64,000 nucleotides of DNA from Raja brachyura (GCA_963514005.1 OY740792.1:12214001-12278000); one strand, 5' to 3'; shown: positions 24,874 to 38,297, counted from the first letter of the stretch. Made by a program: numbers and translations. The notes: generated by a model not told the origin, from the letters alone.

Positions 24874-27800
24874 GTAAGTGCTGAACTATGTTCACAGTTG
24901 AAAATATGTCCCTCTCCTCCTGTGACCTCTCACATCGATTTGGAAATCTTGTATTGATCTTCGATTGAGATTGCCAACACATTGGATAACACAAAACGGG
25001 CTCCAGCATTTTGTGTCTATCTTCGGTGCAGACCAGCATCTGCAGTTCCTTCTTACACACATTGGATAGCATATTGAAACAAGGAACTGCAGATGCTGAT
25101 TTTTAGTGGTGAAGTGCTGAAGAAATGCTAGAGTGCCTGAAATGTCCTTTATCCATGTTCTCCAGGGATGCTGCCTGACCTGTTGAGTTACTCCAGCACT
25201 TTGTGTCTTTTTTTGAATAACCGGTTCAGGCACATTGTTGCCATAGACAAATGGTACACAAAAGTGTTGGAGAAACTCAGTGGGTGCAGCAGCATCTATG
25301 AAGCGAAGGAAATAGGCAACGTTTCGGGCCGAAACCCTTCTCCTTCTGAAACGTTGCCTATTTCATTCGCTCCATAGATGCTGCTGCACCCGCATCTGCA
25401 GTTCCTTCTTAAATGCCATAGACAAATCATTTAAATAAGTTGATCACACAAAATGGTGCTTGCTTCCCACCTCAGGAGGAATGGAAACAGGAAGGCGAGT
25501 GATGCATTATACCAGGTTAGAGTCATAGAGCCATGCAGTGTGGAATCATTTTGGCCCAACTTGCCCACGCCAACCAACATGCCCCATTTCCACTAGTCCT
25601 ACCTGCCTGCTTTTGGCCTATATCCCTCAAAAACTACCCTAACATTGCAATAGTACCTGCTTAAACTTTGTGATAGTGCCTGCATCCAGCAGGTTATTCT
25701 AATTACATCCAGCAAAATGAGAGGGTAATCGTGCTGTGAAGATTTTGGTGAATTTCTTAACAAGCTAGATAACGTTTAATGAAAAAACACTGAAGCAAAA
25801 TCCAATATTGTAAAACGACAGATTATGAAAACAAGAAAGTTAAACTGAACCTTCAAGTTCTGAAGAAGGGTCTCGACCCGAAACGTCACCCATTCCTTCT
25901 TTCGAGAGATGCCGCCTGCCCAGTATTTCCAGAATGCTGTGTCTATCTTCGGCTTAAACCAGCATCTGCAGTGCCTTCCCATGTTTCTTAAATTATTTAT
26001 TGGCATCTAACAAAATGAGAGGGTTTACCCATTAGACTTCTCCCAGTGAGTCCAGCTCTGCGCATTACATTTTAGATAGAAAATGTGGGAAGACACTGAA
26101 TAATAACACGGGTGAGATACCTGGAAACACTGAGGTGTCAACTTGACGGGCAAAACATTTTCATTTTGAGTAAACAAGGTGAACCAATGTTCTAGTTGCG
26201 GAAGAGTTAATTATTAGTGGACACTGCATTCAGGTCAAAAGCTCCAGCAGTGAGTTAACAAGTACCTCTCTGATATCATTTGGAGCACACTGCCAGAAAG
26301 GGTAGAGGTAGCAGTGACTTTCAAAAGGAATTGGATAAATATGTTAACGGGAAGCATTAGCAGAGCTTTTGGGGAAAAGGACAGGGCAAAGTATGCAATA
26401 GGGCAGCACAAGATGCTGGTGAAGGTTATTGGACGAGCATCCAATGACCTGAGGATCCACCAACATGTTTTCAATTCAGATAATTAAATATATTCTGGAA
26501 TTAAATTTTGTATTATTAATTGATATTTTTGATCATTATTCTCACTTTGTTCTGCCAGCAATGCAGGCAAATCACACCAAACATGAGAACCAGCCAGTAG
26601 AGCCACTGCTGCACTTTGCCAGAGACCTGGGCTTGATCCTGACCTCGGGTGCTCTCTGTGTGGAGTTTGCATGTTCTCCCCAAGACCGTGTGGGGTTCCT
26701 GCGGGTGTTCCAGTTTCCTCGCACATCCCAAAGATGTGCAGACTTGTAGGTTAATTGGCTTCTATAAATTGCCCCTAGTGTGTAGGTGGTGGATGCAAAA
26801 GAGGGTAACATAGAACTAACTCAATATGTCAGGATCAAAACCGTGTCTCTGGTGCTGTGAGGCAGCAACTCTACCACTGTGCCACTGTACCACCCCCATT
26901 TCTGGAGAAAAGAACAGGCATTTTTGATGGTTGTGTCACAGTGGTTGAGTTGCCTCTGCTGGGAAGAAGATCAAACTATTAGATTGTCATAAAAACCTTA
27001 CAGGTCCATTAGCTTCCTTTAAATGGAGAACTAATTGCATAATATGATTGCAGTGGCTATGGTTAACTTATAACAACACGTTAAAATGCCTGAAAATAAA
27101 CATCACAGATCAGAGGCAAGTAGGGATGGACGATAAATCATGCCCTTGTCTATAACCTGTGGATTTATAAAATAAGCATAAATATCTCTTACAAGGAGCT
27201 GATGTAGGCAAATAGATCAAATCATCTCCTTCAGTACAGCATTGTATCATGATTCAATGATCCTTTGGCATCATTCAATTCAATAGGCTGCTTTCAAATA
27301 TAACAGTGGTTGCTTTGGGACTGATTTGCCGTTCATATCTATTGGATTTGGATAGAAACACTGCAAATAAGAACGCAGCTTCAAAAAACAAAATAGGTAA
27401 TTCAACAGGAAATTAAATGCTTTAAAAAACTGTTGGCAATCTAAAATATCAACTGAAACTACTGGAAGCAGTCAGCAGGCCGGGCAGCATCTGTGGAAAG
27501 AATAATACAGTTAACATACAACCCTTTGTCAGAGATGGGAAAGGGAAAAGCAAGAGGAGTGGACAGAGTATTGGTTGGTTGGGTGCGGTTGCTAGATGGA
27601 TAGGACAAAGGAAACGGCCGTGATAGGGTGAGGCCAGGGTTAATGTGGGGATAAGTTCTAAAGCTCATCCAATCGATGGGTTAATGGGGGGCAGTTGGAG
27701 AAAATAAACAAAAGACTTGAGATAAGCACAGTGAGGGAATGATAACACCAACAAATAAACTTTACCAGTGGTGCTGTGAAAGTAAAGAGAAAACTGAGCC

Positions 27801-28554
27801 AGATAATTTCCAGGAGAAATGGCCATACTTGATACAGGCAGAGAAAGCAAGTCACCTGAAGTTGGAGAGTTCAGTATTGGAGATTGCAACAAGTCCAGAT
27901 GGAAGATGTTCCTCAAGATTACACTGGGCATCATTGATATCAGTGCAGGGGGCCACGAACAGAAGAGTCAGAGCAAGAGTGGGGTGGGAAATTAGCACTG
28001 AGTTGCGATGTGGACTGGTGCAGGAGATGCTGCATCACGCAGCACAGTAGTGCAATGGTAGAGTTGCTGTCTTACAGTGCCAGTGATCCAGTTTGATCCT
28101 GACTACGGGTGCTGTGTGTGAGGAGTTTGCACGGTCTCCGCTGTGACTGTGCGGATTTTCTCCGGGTACTCCGGTTTTTTTCCCACACTCCAAAGACATG
28201 CAGGTTTGTAGGTCAATTGGCTTCTGTAAATTGTAAGTTGTCCCTTGTGTGTCGAAGGACAAAGGGCATTTATTATCGAATGGTGATGGTGCAGGGAGAT
28301 CACTGGTCAGCATGGACTCAGTGGGCCGAATGGCCTGTTTCCATGCCATATTCTAAAGTCTAAAGTAAAGATGCTGGGAAAAACTGGATAATTCCATCCT
28401 GGTTACAATTAAGACTCAACTGCTATAACAATTAATAATAATTTATAACCTGTGATTATAAAGGCGAAGATTATTAAAGATTATGAAAGCTGCTTATGAA
28501 CATACAACAGTGCAAACTAGATTTAAGTTGTTCTTGTTATTGTTTCCTGGTCAG

Positions 28555-28616
28555 GTTTAACTTCACCTTACTGGATTGATATGAGGTCTAGAGAAACGTG
28601 CAGCAACAATTTGGAG
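28555..28616 (+). CDS. IGSF5: Candidate phase 1-0 linker exon of IGSF5 (SLTSPYWIDMRSRETCSNNLE)
   Basis: Acceptor tgtttcctggtcag| and donor GAG|gtaggt; 62 bp, open, and it would join 24873 to 45365 in frame. No homology support, and other candidates exist. Confidence 0.35.
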
Positions 28617-30845
28617 GTAGGTGATGCAGACTGGTTTAGCAAAGGCAGATCATCCTCAGGAAGCCTTTGTAATCAGTCGGCTAAGCATAAAAGATCATGG
28701 CTAATGTAACTTCTGACTCGGTGAGGTCTGTTTGTGAGAATAAACTGAGTAAAGATATTTGGGTATAGGCACTAAAAATGTGTAAGGTTATTCACAAATT
28801 GGAAGCAATTGGGAGATGTAACATTAGGCTTCTGGCAGTGAGGGCCTGGGACTAGGATTCCATGACTCAAATCATTTTAAGGTTGTAATTTTGTACCAAT
28901 ATTGCATTTCAGACTCCATGTCATGGAGTTATATAGCATGGAAACAGGTCCATCGGCCCAATTTGCTCACATCGACCAACATGTCCCATCGACACAAGTC
29001 TCACCTGACTACATTTGACCCACATCCCTCCAAACCTATCCTATCCAATCCATGTACCTGTCTAAATGTTTATTGGACGTTGCGATAGTACCTGCCTCAA
29101 CTACTTCCTCTGGCAGCTCATTCCATACACCTGCCACCCTTTGTATAAATCAGTTACCCCTCTGGTTCCTATTAAATTCAACCAACCCCCCCCCCCCCCT
29201 CACCTTAAACCTGTGTCCTCTTGTTCTCGATTTCCCTATTCTGGGCAAGAACCTCTGTGCACTTACCGGAGCTATTCCTCTCACGATTCTGTACACTTTT
29301 ATAAGAGTTTTAGCCTGCTCAACCTCTCCCTATAGGTCGGGCCCTCGAGTCCTGGCAACATACTCGTAAATCTTCTCTGCACACTTTCCTGCATCTTTCC
29401 TGTAAAACGGTGCCCAAAATTGAATACAATACTCTCAAATGTGGCCTCACCAATGCGTCTTATATAACTGCAACTTCACAATTTGAAGTTGTTTTAGGTA
29501 AACGTTCTTTCTCGTGTTTAAATTTATTTCAAATGTTTTCATTGATCTTTTAATACCTCTTGAATTGCTGTGATTACCAGAAGGCATGGCTGAGGTGGTC
29601 ATCATCTTTTTTATCTGTTGGAGCTGAAGCCAATCATGGTCAGTGAGTTCAGGAGAGATGAGTGAATGAACGGCGTGAGCCAGGACACATGCAATAAAAA
29701 GATCCTGCGCCGACCAGAACAGGCTTGCCCAAGCCAAAATCTGCAACTAATAAAATCTTGGCTGCAGGATTCGGCAGCAGGTTTTTTGAAACAGATGCTG
29801 TTATGGGCACAGAAATGGGCAGATTTGGTGAAATAGCAGAGAGTTGGTCAAGAAACAGTGCCAGCCCAGAGTGTATGGATGAGCCATGTAATGAGAGTGT
29901 CCAACTATACATTTACGAGTCAGGAGAGTTAAATTGCCATTAACATTGTGACTGGAACAATGGAATTCCTACTCGCTGCAGATTTGCAGGCACATAAAAT
30001 GCAACAACAGAATTAAGAAATGAATTATAAATAAATTATCGGTTATTCTAGGGGGAGCAGACCATGATTGTGGAAGTCAATGTATGCATATATATTAGAT
30101 AAGCCTCACAAATAACATGGACAAAGAAGCAAAGAGGCTAGAGTAGCATAATAATTAGGTTAGGGGGAATGAGGCATGGATCAATGAATCAGGGACATGT
30201 CTAAATTCTACTATGGAACTTTAATCCACTTAATCAAAAAACGCTAGCAGTGCAGAAATGGAAACCATGAAACTACATGGTGGCCCTGTGGCTCAGCTGA
30301 TAGAACCGCTGCTTCACAGCACCAGAGACTCTGGTTCGGTCCTGACCTCGGGAGCTGTCTGTGGGGAGTTTGCACGTTCTCCCTGGCTTTCCTCCGGGTG
30401 CTCTGGTTTGTCAGCTAATTGGCCGTCTGTAAATTGCCCCTGCTGAGTAGAGTGGATGGGAAAGTGGGGTTTAGCATAGAACTAGGGTGAACAGGCGAGC
30501 AATAATCTGCATGGACTGAAGGGCCTGTTTCCATGGTGTACCGACGGCTAAACTACTAGATAGTTGTAGAACCTAGCTGGTCCATTAATGCATTTCAGCG
30601 AAAGAAACTATCCTTTCCCGGTTTGGCTATACATGACTATTCACAAATATGATGGGGTTCTAACCACGTTCTCAATGTAGCACTAATTGTGGATGGTCTA
30701 TAATTGAGAGCATTGACAGGGATGGGGTCAGGGTCAGGGTCTGAAGAAGGGTCTCGACCCGAAAAGTCACCTATTCCTCTTCTCCAGAGATGCTGTCTGA
30801 CCCGCTGAGTTACTCCAGCAATTTGTGTCTATCTTCAGTTCAAAC

Positions 30846-31445
30846 CAGGGGTCGGCAACCTTGTTCTGCATAGGGGCCGGGTGGCATGTCTGTGAGCAGA
30901 TGGCGGCCCACATCTACCACATGTTCACATGCATCCCGCCCCATCCCGCCCCGGATGGCAGACATCAAATCACAAGTTCACATACATCCTGCCCCTTCGC
31001 GGACGCCACCCGCAGCACTGGCCTCTAGTTACGGGCGCTCACAAACATTGCGTACCTACGGTACATTGCCTTGGCTCTGTCCTGAAGGCAGTGGCTCAAA
31101 TACCCACACTCACTCGTCCCCAGCTTATTGGCAACCCCGATCCCGACAGTGAAGCCCAGACACAGAAGGTGCGCGGCCGTGCCGGCGGCTTTGCGCAGGA
31201 TGCGGTACAGCCAGAGCTCAGCGCTCGGCCCCGCTCAGGCGCTCGCCGGCTCCGCAATTGCCACCGCCAGCGCAGGCCTCCTTTCGTCCTTGCGTCACCG
31301 CGCCTGGGTGCCTAGGGCCCCGGAGGTACCGGAGATGAAGGAGGTCGGCGGGCCGGATGACTACAGAAAAAAACCCACCTGCGGGCCGGATGATTTTGGG
31401 TTACGGGCCGCATTCGGCCCGGGGGCTGTAGGTTGCCGACCTCTG
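30846..31445. mobile_element. hAT (Charlie-like) non-autonomous DNA transposon
   Basis: TIR CAGGGGTCGGCAACCT / AGGTTGCCGACCTCTG; 8-bp TSD GTTCAAAC/GTTTAAAC. Confidence 0.82.
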
Positions 31446-31967
31446 GTTTAAACCAACATCTGCAGTTCCTTCCAACACATTGGCAAATTTGGCCAGTTCA
31501 CCTCTTTGCCTTTGGTGGGAACGGTGCCCACATTCCTCACATAATTGTCTCCGTACTTCAAATTGCAATTCATTTTGTGAAGTGTTTCAAGGCCCACAGT
31601 AATAATTAAAAGAACTTCTGCTTATTAAGTTGTAATTTAATTTTTTTTAATGGTTGGAATAGGAATACCATTTTCCTGGCACATGGAATAACTCTCAGTA
31701 ATTTCCCCAAATGCAAGAAGCCAAATAAGAAGGGTCTCGACCCGAAACATCACCTATTCCTTCTCTCCAGAGATGCTGCTTGACCCGCTGAGTTGCTCCA
31801 GCTTTTTGCGTCTATTAAACAGGTGCATTAGTATATCTGAGGATAGGAATCTGAACGGGTTAGAGAGAAAATATTAAAACGCCACAGGGAGGACCTTTCA
31901 TGTGCCAATCTGGTTGCCTTGCCCATGTATTCATGCACAATGGCACTATCACTTCTTCATGCCTTTC

Positions 31968-32112
31968 TCTGGGGTGAGAGATTGCAACCTTCATGTTGTC
32001 CGCCCTGTTTCGACGAATGCAATCAACCTGGCGTGCACAATCAAATAAGATCAAATAGAACAAGTTGTCCTACAACTTTAGGCTGTGCACGCCATACAGA
32101 AGAAGAAGAAGG
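31968..32112 (+). mobile_element. Second copy of the (GAA)n-tailed short retroposon
   Basis: 8-bp TSD TGCCTTTC at 31960-31967 and 32113-32120. Confidence 0.7.
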
Positions 32113-32196
32113 TGCCTTTCAACATAACCCGTGAAGCTGTTTTGCTTCAAATCTGGCTTTTGTTGTTCCTTTATCAGTGGCCAGCATCTATACTAT

Positions 32197-32440
32197 AGAA
32201 ACATAGAAACATAGAAAATAGGTGCAGGAGTAGGCCATTCGGCCCTTCGAGCCTGCACCGCCATTCAATGTGATCATGGCTGATCATCCAACTCAGTATC
32301 CCGTACCTGCCTTCTCTCCATACCCCCTGATCCCTTTAGCCACAAGTGCCACATCTAACGCCCTCTTAAATATAGCCAATGAACTGGCCTCAACTACCTT
32401 CTGTGGCAGAGAATTCCAGAGACTCACCACTCTCTGTGTA
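32197..32440 (-). mobile_element. Short CR1 3' fragment
   Basis: (CATAGAAA)n tail and WNSLPQKVVEASS. Confidence 0.85.
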
Positions 32441-35071
32441 AAATTCTCCTCCTTGCTCTCATTAAGGGTGGCACATTGGGCCAGCGGTAGAGCTGCCGCG
32501 TCACAATGCCAGAGACCTGGGTTCGATCCTGACCTCCGGCGCCATCTGCGTGGAGTTTGCACGTTCTCCCTGTGACCGCGTGGGTTTATTCCGGGTGCTC
32601 CAGTCTCCATCCGCATCCCAAAGACGGTTCAGTTCAGTTCAGTGTATTGTCACGTGTACCGAGGTACGGTGAAAAGCTTTTCGTTGCGCGCTAACCCCCA
32701 GTCAGCGGAAGGACAGTACATGATTACAATCACTCCATTTGGAGTGTACAGATCAAGGATAAGGGAATGAGGGAGGGATTGCTGCTGTAGGAATACAGAT
32801 TTAAGAGTGTGGAGCGACTGTAATGTGAGTCTGTACATCTGCTTCTGTATCTAGCACACAAATAGTCGCTGTGTTGGGCACTACCTTGGCTCTGCGCGGG
32901 TTTGTACTCCAGTTGACTGGTTAGCACGCGACAAAAAGCTTTTCACTGTACCTCAGCACATGTGACAGTAAACTAAACTAAACTAAAGCTGTTCCCTCTA
33001 GCCTTTGCCGTTTCTACCCAGGGAAAAGAGGTTCTTACTGTCTACATATCTATGCCTCTCATAATTTTATACACTTCTATCAGGCCTCCTCTCAGACTCT
33101 GGCACTCCAGAGAATACAATCCATAGATCGTCATCCCTGTAGTCTGCAATGGATTTGTACCTGAATTTCAGAGGGGAATGTTTGATTTGCAGTGCAGGCA
33201 AGATGCTCAAACCATCTCTTCAACACGTTCCACAAAGTTTGCATTATATTGCAATTTGTCGTGAATGGCAGGGAAGTCTGATGAATGTTTGCACTTAAAA
33301 TACTGACGGGCAAATTTGTTTGTGTGAGTTGTGGAGCATCCTTCCTGCCGCCGCAGTTAATCAGATCAACTGCAGTCCACAAATCGTAGATAGTAATGCT
33401 CCTCAGTGACATACAACACAGATCCCAGTTGCTGACATGGCAATCTAAGGGAGTTAGTTTGCTGTGATTTTACTCAAATCTTATCACAATGTTTGCAGGA
33501 AACGACAGCCCAATTTTGCCTGGCTCCTCTGACGTTTAGATGCATTGGCCTTGAAATTCAACTGCATCTCTGTAGAATCTACTGAATCCCGCGACAGAAA
33601 TGCAAAGAACAAACGACACTTAGCTGAGCCAGAGACCCTGTGTCTTGTTTATTCCAGAAGCCCCTTTTACCTACATTCTCCTCAATCATAACCAATGTGC
33701 AGATAAGGCCAATTAATGGAGTTGCTATTGAGCTGTTGTGGCTGGACCTTCTTGTGAGGCTGCTGGCAGATCACCAGCGGTAACAGGCTGTACGCAAAAC
33801 TAACGTGGGCGTGAAGGCGCCACAGCTCTCCCCTTGGCCACCGAGACATACAAGGTGGCGACTGCCTGGCTTTGTCCTGCTGTGTACCGGGTTGATTTTA
33901 TGGCCTGATCTTGTTTGGTACTGCAGTGTGGGAGGTCTTTGACAGGAAGTGTTGGGGTCTTGTGACCTCGCCGGTTCGGTGGGTGAGGTAGTCGGTTGGT
34001 TCTCGACGTATGCTGGCTTTAACCGGTCGAAGTAAATTGTGTCCGTTTTTCCGTTCTGATAGATCACAAAACCTTTTGGGTAGTCCCGCGACAGAAAGTA
34101 GTGGTTGGATGACTTGGTAAGGGCCATCGTATGCTGGCTGAAGAGGTCGGCGGATGGCGTCGTGTAGCGAGCTCCAGCGAAGATGAACATTAGAAACACC
34201 TCGGATTACTGTTCCGGTGTCTCCGACTACTTTGAGTTCAGGGAGCAGGGGCTGAAGATATCCCGGGAGCATCTGTCGGAGACGGAGGGGCAGCTCAGCG
34301 AGCAGAACCGCTGCCTACACCTTCGTAACCTGCAATGTGAGGAGCTGCGGACTCGGTGTGGGCGCCTGCTGCCGGAGCTGGACATGGTTAAGAAGGATGC
34401 ACGAGAGATGCTGATGGAGATGGGAGAGCAGATAAACCAGGCCTTCGTCAAGATCATGAAAATGGAAGGCCAATTGCAGAACGTCACCAGATTGGCTGAG
34501 ACCACTCTGAAGATTTGCCAGTGGTATCTTCCCAAGACCATTGCTGAAGTCAAGGCAAAACCACCGGTCGTGGTTGTGCAGACAAGCAACGAGGCTGCTG
34601 AGACAGGGGAGACGCCTTCGCTCCAATCAAACCCACGGGCACAGACACAGCGGGCATTGAGGACACCAGCGTCTTCTCCAGCAGCGTGTGTGCAGGCTGG
34701 AGAAGCTGCTGGCCGTTCGCACGCAGATCGAGAGCGCAATGAGGCTGCAGGTGCAGGAGCGGTGGGGCGAGAGCAGCAGGAGGCCAAGGGAAACAAGAAG
34801 CTGCAGGAGCTGCACAGCCTGCAGGGCATGGGTTGGCGAGCTGGAGGCTGAGAACCTGCAGCTGGCACGGGAGCTATAGGCACACGTCAAGAGTAAATGT
34901 GAACAGGAGCAAGCCTTGAACAGTCAGAATGAGATCATCCACGAATTTAATAGACTGTTAGATTCCAATCTCGAGGAGCACCCACAATTTCTGGCGATGA
35001 AGCAGGTGGTGACTGATGTGAAGCGGAAGCTGCAGCAGGTGGAGACAGAGTCCGGCACTTTCCGCGAGGAG

Positions 35072-35818
35072 TGGCAAATTAGGAAAAGGGGAGATGCAAC
35101 CAGACCTGGGTGTCATGGTACACCAGTCATTGAAAGTAGGCATGCAGGTGCAGCAGGCAGTGAAGAAAGCGAATGGTATGTTAACATTCATAGCGAAAGG
35201 ATTTGAGTATAGGAGCAGGGAGGTTCTACTGCAGTTGTACAGGGTTTTGGTGAGGCCACACCTGGAGTATTGCGTACAGTTTTGGTCTCCAAATCTGAGG
35301 AAAGACATCCTTGCCATAGAGGCGGTACGGAGAAGATTCACCAGACTGATTCCTGGGATGTCAGGACTTTCATATGAGGAAAGACTGGATAGACTCGGCT
35401 TGTACTCGCTGGAATTTAGAAGATTGAGGGGGGATCTTATAGAAACTTGCAAAATTCTTAAGGGGTCGGACAAGCTAGATGCTGGAAGATTGTTCCCGAT
35501 GTTGGGGGAGTCCAGAACAAGGAGTCACAGTCTAAGGATAAGGGAGAATTACTTTAGGACCGAGATGAGGAAAACATTCTTTACACAGAAAGTGGTGGGT
35601 CTCTGGAATTCTCTGCCACAGAAGGTAGTTGAGGCCAGTTCATTGGCTATATTTAAGAGGGCGTTAGATATGGCACTTGTGGCTAAAGGGATCAGGGGGT
35701 ATGGAGAGAAGGCAGGTACGGGATACTGAGTTGGATGATCAGCCATGATCACATTGAATGGTGGTGCAGGCTCGAAGGGCCGAATGGCCTACTCCTGCAC
35801 CTATTTTTCTATGTTTCT
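35072..35818 (+). mobile_element. CR1 3' fragment inserted in the SPAG5 copy
   Basis: ORF 35094-35729 is a CR1 C-terminus; same tail as 15186-15836. Confidence 0.92.
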
Positions 35819-35973
35819 AACTCCAGGCCCCCGGGGATGCTCTGGGCAAGGACTGGCTTCAGGCGAAGGTGGATTCCCAGCAGCAGGTGCGGAAGTTACG
35901 AGGGACTTACTTGCAGAAGGACAGCGAGATCCAGCAGCTGGAGAAGATGATCAGACACCGAGCCATCCTGGAG

Positions 35974-36450
35974 GACAATAGACAATAGGTGCAGGATTAG
36001 GCCATTCGGCCCTTCGAGCCAGCACCGCCATTCAATGTGATCATGGCTGATCATCCCCAATCTGTACCCCATTCCGGCCTTCTCCCCATATCCTCTGACT
36101 CCGCTATCTTTAAGAGCCCTAGTTAGCTCTCTCTTGAAAATATCCAGAGAACCGGCCTCCACCGCCCTCTGAGGCAGAGAATTCCACAGACTCACACCTC
36201 TCTGTGAGAAAAAGCTTTTCCTCGTCTCCGAATTCTTAAACTGTGGCCCCTTGTTCTGGACTCCCCCAACATCGGGAACATGTTTCCTGCCTCTATCGTG
36301 TCCAAACCCTTAATAATCTTATATGTTTCAATAAGATCCCCTCTCATCCTTCTAAACTCCAGAGTATACAAGCTCAGCCGCTCCATTCTCTCAGCATATG
36401 GCAGTCGCGCCATCCCGGGAATTAACCTTGTAAACCTACGCTGCACTCCC
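35974..36450 (-). mobile_element. CR1 3' fragment inserted in the SPAG5 copy
   Basis: (GACAATA)n tail; minus strand encodes GVQRRFTRLIPGM...WNSLP; splits the ILE|ENN codons. Confidence 0.9.
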
Positions 36451-37152
36451 TGAGAACAATCAAAGAGCAGAGGCCGAGGTGGACAAGCTGTACAACCTGA
36501 TAGAGCACATCGGAAGAACTCTCCAATCAATACCTGAAGTGGTGGGAAGGCCAGCGGAGTGGAAGGGCCTCCTGCAGTGCCTTGGAGATGATCTGCCAAC
36601 ATAGTGTGAAATACGGCAAATGTGCCCTCTGGAGGAGGAAGGGACTGTGGGCTGTGGGCTGTGGGCTGTGGGCTTTTGGTTGATTCACTGTAGGATTTGT
36701 GTCTCCAGCAACAGATTTGTGTCTCCAACAGTTTAAAAGCCCAGCACTTCTCATTTATTCCAGAAGCCCCTTTTGTCTACATTCTCCTCAATCATAACCC
36801 ATGTGCAGTTAAGGCCAATTAGTGCGTCTGACCTTGGAGTTGTTATTAAGCTCTTGGTGCATCAAGTGGTAACAGGCTGTATGCAAAACCAACGTGGGCG
36901 TGAAGGCGCCACATCTCCATAACAAGTGGTGCTGTGCTGCAGAACATCATGTTAACCTGGATTTGGGAAATCTTGCTCACATTTCTGGCCACCTTAACTC
37001 CTGTTAACAAATTGTATTGATTTCTCGCTGGAATGCTTTTTCTCCGACGTAATATTCTCCCATATAGACTTTAAACTTTAGAGATGCAGCACGGAAACAG
37101 GCCTTTTGGCTCACTAAAGTCCATGCCGACCAGCGATCACCTCCTACATTGG

Positions 37153-37401
37153 TGTGGCACCTTCACGGCCGCGTTGGTTTTGCGTACAGCCGGTTACCGC
37201 TGGCGACTCAGCAGCAGCCTCACGAGAAGGTCCAGCCACAAGGGCTCAATAACAACTCCAAGGTCAGACGCACTAATTGACCTTACCTGCACACGGGCTA
37301 TGATTAGTGACAATGAAGTTAAATAGTGGCTTCTGGAATAAACGAGACACATGGTCTCTGGCTCAGCTCAGTCTCTGGCTCTGGATTTAACAGACTCCAC
37401 A
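37153..37401 (+). mobile_element. Solo LTR of the same Gypsy family, inserted in a V-SINE
   Basis: TG...CA ends and an internal AATAAA; reverse-complement homolog of 33571-33824. Confidence 0.8.
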
Positions 37402-38297
37402 GTAGTACTAACCTACACACTGGGGACAATTTACAATTTTACCGAAGCCAATTAACCTACAAACCGTGGACGTCTTTGGAGTGTGGGAGGAAACCGGACG
37501 ACCCGTAGAAAACCCACGTGGTCACAGGGAGAACGTACAGACTCCATACAGACAGCGCCCGTAGTCAGGATTGAACCTGGGACTCTGGCGCTATAAGGCA
37601 GCAACTCTACCGCTGAGTCACTGGGCAGCTCGGTGTCATGGTCACTCTGTGTGGCTACCCTCATACATCCTGGGCTGCTGCTGATCTCTGTCACACCGCA
37701 CAGTGCTGCTGCTGCTGCTGCTGTATGTGGAGGTGTCTATGTCGTTCAGAGCTGATGAAGAGGTTGTAGTGTTTAATAGTCAGTATCTCCCTCTCTGAAT
37801 CTCAGTCCGAAGAAGGGCCTCAACTTGAGACATCACCTATTCCTTTTCTCCAGAAATGCTGCCTGACCCCCCGCTGAGTTACTCCAGCATTTTGTGCCTA
37901 TCTTCAGTGTTCAATAGCCTGATGGTTGCTTCCCCACAAAGGATTCATCCTTCCTCCCACCCCTGTTCCTAAATGAAGGACACCAAATTTGGCTGTAATT
38001 TTGAAATACAAAATTACATTTTAAATTACTGTTTGTGTTATTGCCCAATATATGCAAATGAATGGATATCGCTTGGCACATAATTCTTGCTGCAGGACCA
38101 AAGCGAAAATGCAAATCTGACCGTGACATTTAGGGAATAAATTTCCAAGCAGCTTGTGGGCTTTTTTTCCCCCCCACAGACTTGCCACACCGCTGACACA
38201 GAAGAGGCACTAAGGACACCTTCAGTTGTTGTGTCAGCCCCTCTGTTCTCAGGAGGACTCAGGCACCTAAGATTGCACACTGTTCTGCTCCAAAGCC

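Larger units (their letters stand above)
34168..36604 (+). pseudogene. SPAG5: Processed (intronless) SPAG5/astrin C-terminal copy, split by two CR1 insertions
   Basis: Segments about 34168-35072, 35820-35973 and 36451-36604 translate to EFREQGLKISREHLSETEGQL...LRNLQCEEL, LAMKQVVTDVKRKLQQVETE, DWLQAKVDSQQQVRKLR...HRAILE|ENNQRAEAEVDKLYNLIEHIGRTLQSIPEVV...LLQCL. These match recalled astrin motifs (EFADQENQ..ERSLQCENL; WIQEKVWLSQEVDKLR..HRNILEENLRRSDKELEKLDDIVQHIYKTLLSIPEVV). Frameshifts and an internal stop are present. Confidence 0.85.
33571..36913 (-). mobile_element. Non-autonomous Gypsy LTR element carrying SPAG5 cargo
   Basis: Direct LTR copies at 33571-33824 and about 36755-36913; PPT (aaggggagagc on the minus strand) next to the 3' LTR; integrase C-terminal GPY/F remnant (HDAIRRPLQPAYDGPYQV, DRLKPAY) at about 33830-34166; 4-bp TSD TCTC at 33567-33570 and 36914-36917. 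Confidence 0.8.

Noticed and set aside
27286-27396. Phase 2-1 open segment ending at a gtaatt donor
   Set aside because: Weak acceptor and no homology; likely chance.
29725-29943. 72-aa ORF as an IGSF5 exon
   Set aside because: No convincing acceptor, an upstream in-frame stop, and no recognisable homology.
34183-34851. Functional nested gene or shootin-1-like protein
   Set aside because: Downstream segments match the astrin C-terminus, and the frame is broken by frameshifts, a stop and CR1 insertions.
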